Virus record (IMG/VR): IMGVR_UViG_3300027985_000918
Coordinates: 62,001 to 126,000 of that record
Length of the DNA: 64,000 nt
Reading direction: 5' to 3' (one strand)
Below, in pieces: positions 57,389-64,000 of the stretch; position 1 is the stretch's first letter, and each line of letters begins with the position of its first letter. A model generated the notes under the pieces. That model saw nothing but the letters and a program-made list of their open reading frames with translations, was not told where the DNA came from and made no database searches. Made by a program: the position numbers and the translations under genes.

Positions 57389-58309
57389 ATGAGTATTGGC
57401 TACATCCCCAACGAGGTTCACTTCTATCTCAGGGCCCCCAGTAAGCCCCCCTACGACGTCCCCACTGTCCGAGAGATTAGGGAAGCCTGGCCGGTCAATG
57501 GCCGGTTGGGCAAGTCCGCCGCCATCCATGCCAAGGCCAAGAGTTGGGCGGAGAACGTGAGGTACGACCCCACCACAAAGAAGCCCCTGCCGATCCCCCC
57601 AGAAGCCGGAGAAGAGGTCCGCACAAGGAACACCCCCAGGCGGGGGTACCGCCTGGTGGGATCCGAAGTTCGCACCGAGGGAGGGCGGGTGTGGAAGGTG
57701 CTGACCCCGGACGACTACCTGGTGGACTTGCGGGAAGACGTGTTCCTGCCGATCCTTCTGTCCCGAGGTGTTCCCAAGGGTCCCCTAGCGGAGATTGATA
57801 CCGAGTTCCAGTGGTGCGTGTCGGGATCCCAAATTCGGTTGGAAGAGGTTGGGTCGGATCAGCACCAGGAGTACCTGACCGAAAAAGAGCAGTTTTGCCC
57901 CCAAACCAGCCGGGGCAAAACGATGTCGGAGGATCTGGTAGTCGGCGGGGTCTATGCCCCTTTGAGCAAGGGGGGACGCCCCCTCATCTATCTGGGGAAG
58001 GCACGTTACGACGGGAAGCAGAAGTTCGCCTTCGTGGAGCTGGCGCCGATGTGGCGGGTGTACCAGAAACCGGATCCCAGTGTGAAGGACACCGACCCTT
58101 CCACTTTCCAAGAGAGAGCCGACTTCACCCTTCGCCGCACCCTCAAGAAGGAGAAGCATTGCTACGAGGCCATCCGGGTCAAGTCGAGGGGGGCAGTGGG
58201 AGGGAAGATTGGAGAAGTCCAGGTGACTCTCGACCCCAAGGCTTCGGAGTATTTCTGGCAGAGGACTTACGGGGTTGGCAGTAAGGAGCCCGCTGTGGAG
58301 TGGCTGTAG
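57389..58309 (+). CDS. hypothetical protein
   Basis: GGAGG RBS before ATG 57389. Confidence 0.8.
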   Translation: MSIGYIPNEVHFYLRAPSKPPYDVPTVREIREAWPVNGRLGKSAAIHAKAKSWAENVRYDPTTKKPLPIPPEAGEEVRTRNTPRRGYRLVGSEVRTEGGRVWKVLTPDDYLVDLREDVFLPILLSRGVPKGPLAEIDTEFQWCVSGSQIRLEEVGSDQHQEYLTEKEQFCPQTSRGKTMSEDLVVGGVYAPLSKGGRPLIYLGKARYDGKQKFAFVELAPMWRVYQKPDPSVKDTDPSTFQERADFTLRRTLKKEKHCYEAIRVKSRGAVGGKIGEVQVTLDPKASEYFWQRTYGVGSKEPAVEWL

Positions 58310-58383
58310 GGGCTCAGGGGCGCTTCTCCCTCCTCCCCTACCCAACCCCCTGCCAGCCAGCCCCGATCCAGCCGTAGGGCCTG

Positions 58384-58686
58384 TTACGGAACCACAGGCA
58401 CAACCAGGATCTCCTGGGTCTCCGTGTCGATCTCGACCGTGAGATACTCATCGTCTCGGACGTACCTGGCGATGGCCCTCTGGGCCTTCTCCAAGGCCTC
58501 TTCCCTCTCCTCCTCGTCTTTGTAGTCGGTCTCGATCATGAGGTACTCGTCATCCCGGGTGTACTTGGAGATGGACTTCTGGACCCTCTCCAAACCCTCG
58601 TCTTTGAAGCGGAGGTAGAGGTCTTGCAGAGCGTAGGCGGAAACGTCTGGGGTCTTGAAGGTGAGGCGGATCTTCATGGGGTGCAT
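58384..58686 (-). CDS. hypothetical protein with internal duplication
   Basis: KYTRDDEYLMIETD / RYVRDDEYLTVEID. Confidence 0.7.
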   Translation of the reverse strand: MHPMKIRLTFKTPDVSAYALQDLYLRFKDEGLERVQKSISKYTRDDEYLMIETDYKDEEEREEALEKAQRAIARYVRDDEYLTVEIDTETQEILVVPVVP

Positions 58687-58693
58687 CCTTCTG

Positions 58694-59545
58694 TTACTTG
58701 GGGTCCCCCATCCTCTTACGGGTCTCTCTGACCCAGAACTCGAACAGGCTGGGATCCCGGACCAAGGAGTTCATGATATGGTACGTGACATCGAACCGGG
58801 CAGTATCAACGTAGTTGGCGGATGTCTCGATGTAGTGGGCACCCGGTAGGTTGAGGGCGATCGTCGAGTGGGAGGCCATGATGATCTGAACCCCCTTCAG
58901 GTCGGCCAGCCTTTCCAGGAACTTGATCTCGGTGCGGAGGTCAAGCGACCGGCTGGGCTCGTCCAGAAGCATGGTCGGGATCCCCGTGGCTTCCATCCCC
59001 CTGGAAAGGTTTCCTCTCAGGAAGCCAGCTAGCTCGGGCTTGGACTTCTTCAGGTTCTTGGCGGAACACACCCCCTTGTACTCGACTCCCTTGGGCCACT
59101 GCCCCTTGAACAAGGCGTCCAGGTGTCGGGCCATGCGGACGATGCCCGTCTGCCCCGTACTGCCCTTGTAGCAAGCGTTCACGACTCCCTGGTCCATGAA
59201 GTCGTAGTCGAACGATCCCCCGAAGAGGCCGACTGTCTTGCTGGGGTCGTAGTGCATGATGGGGGCACCATCATGGATGGGCAGGACCCCGTCGAGGAAT
59301 TTCTTGGACCTATCATAGAGATCCCGAGTGCTCCAGTCCCCGATGGACTGCACGTCCCCCTGCTCGCAGCAGAGCATCCGGGCGATCAGGGTGAGGACCG
59401 TGGATTTGCCGGACCCGTTGGGTCCGTAGATGATGTTCAGTCCAGGTTTGAACTCGATCTTGTCCTTGCCCTGGAGCCAGGGCACCTTGGACCACCACGG
59501 GACGGAAGAGCGGCTGGGGTTGGTGATGCGGATTTCGTGGATCAC
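58694..59545 (-). CDS. ABC/SMC-type ATPase
   Basis: GLNIIYGPNGSGKST, MLLDEPSRSLD, IIMASHS. Confidence 0.85.
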   Translation of the reverse strand: MIHEIRITNPSRSSVPWWSKVPWLQGKDKIEFKPGLNIIYGPNGSGKSTVLTLIARMLCCEQGDVQSIGDWSTRDLYDRSKKFLDGVLPIHDGAPIMHYDPSKTVGLFGGSFDYDFMDQGVVNACYKGSTGQTGIVRMARHLDALFKGQWPKGVEYKGVCSAKNLKKSKPELAGFLRGNLSRGMEATGIPTMLLDEPSRSLDLRTEIKFLERLADLKGVQIIMASHSTIALNLPGAHYIETSANYVDTARFDVTYHIMNSLVRDPSLFEFWVRETRKRMGDPK

Positions 59546-59552
59546 ATTGTCC

Positions 59553-59915
59553 TCAGAAGCCGTGGGCCCAGTACCCCCGGCTGTGGATGGCGACGTGGCC
59601 GGGCTTGCCGGGGACCTCGATCCTGGGAGTGAGCACGATGTTCAGGAACTGACCCTCGAAGGGCTCGCAGCGAACGATGGCGTCCGGGATGGCTCCGATG
59701 AACACCATCGCATCGGCTACCAGATCCGCTTGGTCTTCGGGGACCACTGCCACGCAGCGACCCTTCCAGTGACCGTCATTCACGACGTGAGCATTGAAAG
59801 CATCCCGCAGCTCATCGGCCTTGGCCGGGTTGTTGATCAGCTCGTCCGTCGACGAGATGGCGACGGGACGGAAGTTGCCAGGATACTGGGTCATGGTCGG
59901 GCTATCGAAAAACAT
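59553..59915 (-). CDS. hypothetical protein
   Basis: 120 aa; motif at 59952-59977. Confidence 0.75.
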   Translation of the reverse strand: MFFDSPTMTQYPGNFRPVAISSTDELINNPAKADELRDAFNAHVVNDGHWKGRCVAVVPEDQADLVADAMVFIGAIPDAIVRCEPFEGQFLNIVLTPRIEVPGKPGHVAIHSRGYWAHGF

Positions 59916-59972
59916 CGGGGACCTCCTTGACGTTTCCGTCGTTCGCAGGGCCTACTTGTGGCGGCCCCGGAG

Positions 59973-61328
59973 TTACCCCTTTTCTCCTAGGCTTCCGGAA
60001 CCTGGGGACCATTGATTGAGAGCCCGATGGACGATTCGACGGGCTTTTTGAAGGACAACTCTACGGTTGTAGGAGTCCTGTTCCGGACTCCTCTGCCTCT
60101 CATCCTCGTTGCGGAATGGTTTGACAACCTTCTTCTTCTGGTAGACCTCAGCAGTGGAGTACACCTCGGCAAGGGTTCCCCCCTGCTTGAGGGATTCGGG
60201 GATAGGGGCTTCGGGGTTCTCTTTCAGGCGGCGGTACACGGCGGCGGTTCGTTCCGGGCTCAGCCTCCCGACATGGATCTCTTCGGACAGGCGGCCGGGC
60301 CTTTTGATGGCCGGGTCGATTTCGTCCATCTCGACATTGGTCGTGCCGACGACGTAGATCTTCAACAATTCCCCAAACATGCCGTCGGTGAGATTAAGCG
60401 CAGAGGAGATGGCGTTCGTATTCTCCTCGCTCCTCCGCCGGAAGATCACGTCAGCGTCTTCAGCCAGGAGGATGATCCGTTGGGATACATCCTTACGGCT
60501 ATTGGTGAACACTTCAATGAGTTCGGGGTTGCCTAGATCTGCTACCAAGGTGTTGGGGACGTAGATCACCAGAGCCTTGGGGCACGCCTGGGTGATGGCC
60601 TTGAGCAGATAGGTCTTGCCAGTCCCGGGGGTTCCGTGAATGATCGCCATTCGGCCTCGGGGGGTGTGGCTGTTCAGGTCGGCGATGAGGCGACTGAACT
60701 TCTCAATCACCTCAGGCTCGTAGTTCTCGGGTTCATAGGTGTCCTCGAACCTTCCCAGGGTGATGAGGTGGAAAGAGCTGTTTGGTTTGGGCCGAGACAG
60801 GCAGCGGACCACCCCTTTGTGCTCGATGGGGGTCAATTTCTGCTCGCACCATCGCCGGACCTTCCAGTACAGATCCTTGTCGGAGGTGTATACCTCGACG
60901 GAGGTTACGGGGGGATCTGATATGGGAGAGTGCCTGACCTCGATGGATCCGTCAGGGAATGAGGCTACGAGCTTATTCACGGGACGGGGGTCTTCGGGCC
61001 ATTCCTGGCCTTCTTCAGCGTCGGCCACATGGAGGAAATCCTCATGTACGACGCTGAAGCGGTCCTCCCACAAGTCAGCCATGATGTTGTCCCAGGTGCC
61101 TTCGTAGCAGCCTTCTGTCAACCAGGAGTACAGCACCTCCCCTTCAAGCTGGGCAGCTCGATTCAACAAACCTTTGTATGCAATAGCCCCAGTGAGCCCG
61201 AAACTGTCGTAGGGTTCTTTGTACTCCCACCAGGGGGCCGGCCGCTGATTCTTTCGGGGGAGCCCAAAGTCATTTCGATTCTGGTTTACCACAGTGAGCT
61301 GTCTCCCTTTCCCTGGTGTCAACGCCAC
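59973..61328 (-). CDS. AAA+ ATPase
   Basis: IIHGTPGTGKT, LLAEDAD, LNLTDG, VGTTN, DPAIKRPGRL. Confidence 0.85.
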   Translation of the reverse strand: MALTPGKGRQLTVVNQNRNDFGLPRKNQRPAPWWEYKEPYDSFGLTGAIAYKGLLNRAAQLEGEVLYSWLTEGCYEGTWDNIMADLWEDRFSVVHEDFLHVADAEEGQEWPEDPRPVNKLVASFPDGSIEVRHSPISDPPVTSVEVYTSDKDLYWKVRRWCEQKLTPIEHKGVVRCLSRPKPNSSFHLITLGRFEDTYEPENYEPEVIEKFSRLIADLNSHTPRGRMAIIHGTPGTGKTYLLKAITQACPKALVIYVPNTLVADLGNPELIEVFTNSRKDVSQRIILLAEDADVIFRRRSEENTNAISSALNLTDGMFGELLKIYVVGTTNVEMDEIDPAIKRPGRLSEEIHVGRLSPERTAAVYRRLKENPEAPIPESLKQGGTLAEVYSTAEVYQKKKVVKPFRNEDERQRSPEQDSYNRRVVLQKARRIVHRALNQWSPGSGSLGEKG

Positions 61329-61360
61329 CGCCCTACCGTGTTGGTGTGGTAGGGCGGTGG
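61325..61360 (-). terminator. hairpin terminator
   Basis: CCACCGCCCTACC-loop-GGTAGGGCGGTGG. Confidence 0.6.
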
Positions 61361-61394
61361 CAGCTCTCAGATGACGTTGCTGGTGGGACTGCTA

Positions 61395-62375
61395 CTACCC
61401 GAAGAACTTGTCGGCGTCTTCGTACTGGAAACCACAGCGTTCTGCGAACGTCTGGTCGGTCTGCATGTCACCGACCACGATGACCTTGGAGGGGTCGAGA
61501 CGGTACCGTTCGAGGAACACGACTCCCATGCCGGGACAGGGCTTCCTCCAAAAAGACTGAGGCACTCCTGCCCTCTCGGGGGCGTAGGCCACGTCCATGT
61601 CAGGCTGGCCGAGCTGTTCCAGGGTCTCTTCGATGCACTCGATGACCGTGGACTCGGAAACGTACCTATAGTCGTTGGCCGGGCGGCTAGTCCCGGATTG
61701 GTTGGTAGCCCCCAGGAGGAGGTACCCCTGGGCCTTGAGGTCGGCCAGGCGGGACTTCCGGCCCGGCAGGATCTTCACGTCAGCCGGATGGCGGGGGTAG
61801 ATCTCCCCACTCCGAGTACCCCTTAGGGTGCCGTCGAGATCGAAGATCACGGCCTTGGCCGTGTACTCTGGGCCGAGCTTGATCTCGACATCGACTCTCT
61901 CGACGGAGTCGAACCCCTCATCCGTGGTGGGGGGCTCGAACCGCTTGAAGTAGGCGAACTGGGCGGCTGGGGGGAACATGCTGGGGTTCCCTTTGACTGC
62001 CGGGTCCTTGTAGTCGTCCGGCGTCAGCAGTCGGCCGTAGTGGCGGACCTGACGGAGGCTCGCCAGGAACTGGACCTGGCCGAGATCGGCATTCAGCCAG
62101 ATGACCCGGATGGGCAGGCCCAGTTCCTTGGCGATGGCGACCGCAGCCATCCTCGACTCCTTCGTGCCGAATGTGTTGTCGAGGACAAACTTGCGGTGTC
62201 CTTCCCCGTACTTCTCCCGTAGGGATTGGTAGATGGGGGCTCCGGCCATGCCCAGAGAACCACCGAGGCTGTCTCGGTTGAGACGGCAGTAGCCCTGCTC
62301 CACCAGGGACTTGCTGTAGGTGGTCTTCCCGCAGGCGGGAGGGCCCATAACGAGAACGATCTCACCATTGAACAT
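61395..62375 (-). CDS. polynucleotide kinase / HAD 3'-phosphatase (PNKP-like)
   Basis: GPPACGKTT, NRDSLG, VLDNT kinase; DLDGTL, TNQSG, RKPCPGM, VGD HAD-IIIA phosphatase. Confidence 0.85.
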   Translation of the reverse strand: MFNGEIVLVMGPPACGKTTYSKSLVEQGYCRLNRDSLGGSLGMAGAPIYQSLREKYGEGHRKFVLDNTFGTKESRMAAVAIAKELGLPIRVIWLNADLGQVQFLASLRQVRHYGRLLTPDDYKDPAVKGNPSMFPPAAQFAYFKRFEPPTTDEGFDSVERVDVEIKLGPEYTAKAVIFDLDGTLRGTRSGEIYPRHPADVKILPGRKSRLADLKAQGYLLLGATNQSGTSRPANDYRYVSESTVIECIEETLEQLGQPDMDVAYAPERAGVPQSFWRKPCPGMGVVFLERYRLDPSKVIVVGDMQTDQTFAERCGFQYEDADKFFG

Positions 62376-62386
62376 GATGCACTCCC

Positions 62387-63031
62387 TCAGTTCAGGATTT
62401 TGGGGAAAGTGATCTCCCCGGGCAAGTGGTCCCCCGTGAGCAGGTTCTTCGGGGGTAGGGGGTCGATGACAAACATGTCCGGGAACTGGCTGGCCAGGGA
62501 TGTTACCAGCTCTTGAACATCGGGAAGATCGAGGACCCCCACAAGGTCCTCATGGCCCTCTGTGAGGGCCACAACGGCATGGAGCGTCTCTGTCTGGGGA
62601 TCCCATTCCAGGGGGACACTCAAGTGTTCCCCCATATGGATGCAGACGGACAACCCTTCCTCCATGAAATTAGATGTGGTGAGGTAGCTGACCTTGGTCA
62701 CGGAAGGCCACTCTTCGAGGGCCCTCAGGAACGGGGTTTGCTTGCATTCCCGTTCGAGGACACCGGCCATCTCGTTCAGCTCCCCCAACATCTTCCGTAG
62801 ACTCAGCAGAACGGGCAACGTTCCGTCGGTGGCCGGGCGAATCAGCTCCGCCTCCAGCAGGTAACGTGCCATCTTCCCGATGGCGTACAGCGTCTCCGCC
62901 CGGCTCACTGGTCGTAGGGAGGCGACGTCCAAGTTACCGATGGCCGTCCCGGTTTCTTTGACCTGGGAGAGAAGCCCGAGAGCCATCAAGCCCTCAGGGT
63001 TTTTGGGGGTGTAGCTAGGCTTATCGCTCAC
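62387..63031 (-). CDS. hypothetical protein
   Basis: Likely GTG 63031 after AAGGAGG. Confidence 0.7.
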   Translation of the reverse strand: MSDKPSYTPKNPEGLMALGLLSQVKETGTAIGNLDVASLRPVSRAETLYAIGKMARYLLEAELIRPATDGTLPVLLSLRKMLGELNEMAGVLERECKQTPFLRALEEWPSVTKVSYLTTSNFMEEGLSVCIHMGEHLSVPLEWDPQTETLHAVVALTEGHEDLVGVLDLPDVQELVTSLASQFPDMFVIDPLPPKNLLTGDHLPGEITFPKILN

Positions 63032-63151
63032 GGGGCCTCCTTGTTTGCTCCGTCCCTGTACCCGAAACTGGTGCTTCGTTACCAGCCACTCTACTCGCTC
63101 AAGCTCCAGTCCTAGCCTTCCACCAGTTCTCAAGATTTGGGTTGTAGGGCT

Positions 63152-63847
63152 TCATGGCTTGGGCTCCCCCAGCGGGATGACATGTTTCCAGCTCCGCTGA
63201 GTCTTCATGGCTTCCCGAGCCATCCGGTCCGCCTGAGTGTTCAGGAACGCCGGGGTATCCTCAGCCCCTCGATGTCCCTTGACCCACTGCACAATCAGCT
63301 TCAACTCAGCGTCTTCCACCAACTGGTAGCTCCGGTGCAGAAGGTCAAGGACCTGGATCTTCTTGGGGAGCTTGGATGCTCCCCCATTCCACCCATACAG
63401 CCTTGCCACATGTTGACTGTCTGTCTTCAGGACCAGGATGTTCGCTTTGCCCGTGTCGAAATTCGACACTGCTGTCCAAATGGCGGCAAACACGGCGGTC
63501 AGCTCAGCGTCGTTCGAGGATTTGACCCAAGGGGGGCACGGACCACACCGTAAGATTCGGGTGTTGCTGTCCCGTAGCCAGATTCCCCACCCCGCCCGGT
63601 GGGTGTCCGAATGCAGGCTGGCATCCGAATAGCCCGAGATAAAGACAGCACGATCCGGGTTGCGCTGTCGGTTGACCAGTTGGAGACGACGAACGTCTTC
63701 TGACGTGGGTTTCACAACACCCCTCCAGGTTGGGGGGTCGTTCGGCTCAGGCAAAGTGCGGAAAGTCTGGACTGTAGGAAGACCCCCCACTTCTTGTGGG
63801 TCCAAATCCTCCAGGATGTCTCCCCACATGTCTGTCACGATTTCCAA
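63152..63847 (-). CDS. rnhA: ribonuclease HI
   Basis: YSDAS, AGWG, SNDAELTAV, TDSQ, QWVKGH, NTQADRMA; start uncertain. Confidence 0.85.
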   Translation of the reverse strand: MEIVTDMWGDILEDLDPQEVGGLPTVQTFRTLPEPNDPPTWRGVVKPTSEDVRRLQLVNRQRNPDRAVFISGYSDASLHSDTHRAGWGIWLRDSNTRILRCGPCPPWVKSSNDAELTAVFAAIWTAVSNFDTGKANILVLKTDSQHVARLYGWNGGASKLPKKIQVLDLLHRSYQLVEDAELKLIVQWVKGHRGAEDTPAFLNTQADRMAREAMKTQRSWKHVIPLGEPKP

Positions 63848-63940
63848 GTCCTCCAGCCGGGCGTTGCTGGTGAGGCAACTCTCAGGCCCTTCTGGTTCGC
63901 TGAGGGGTCCGGTACAAGGGGTTTTTTGGCAGGCTGGCTA

Positions 63941-64000
63941 TCAGTACCCGAGATCGGCGATGATGCTGTTCATGTCGAGTCCGTACTTCTGACAGACAGC
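63941..64000 (-). CDS. 3' end of a gene entering from the right edge
   Basis: AVCQKYGLDMNSIIADLGY followed by TGA TAG. Confidence 0.5.
   Translation of the reverse strand, partial: AVCQKYGLDMNSIIADLGY

Overview
GC-rich window from a large (jumbo-type) bacteriophage genome, judged from rIIA/rIIB, RNA ligase, PNKP, RNase H and absence of housekeeping operons; all calls are by-eye motif recognition, no searches run. Left (0.4-19.9 kb): rIIA-rIIB operon on +, then mostly minus-strand accessory genes (NADAR, macrodomain, RNA ligase) and two long, highly structured non-coding stretches (12.15-12.65 kb; 18.4-19.15 kb). Centre (19.9-24.5 kb): regulatory hub where transcription diverges, with five tandem back-to-back copies of a promoter-like motif, AAAGTTTC repeat clusters and two sigma-factor-like genes. 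The motif GGTAAC-N15/16-(A/G)GTAG occurs about 35 times, almost always just upstream of and co-oriented with genes. 24.5-48.4 kb: tandem array of 32 paralogous genes (conserved ~60-aa N-domain + 2-15 copies of a 23-aa HREDGPA repeat, ~200 repeats total) with mosaicism, a ~10.2-kb-offset duplication and frameshifted members. Right (48.5-64 kb): hypothetical genes, a PARP-like ADP-ribosyltransferase, ABC and AAA+ ATPases, PNKP, RNase HI. No tRNA, rRNA, CRISPR array, transposase or reverse transcriptase recognised.
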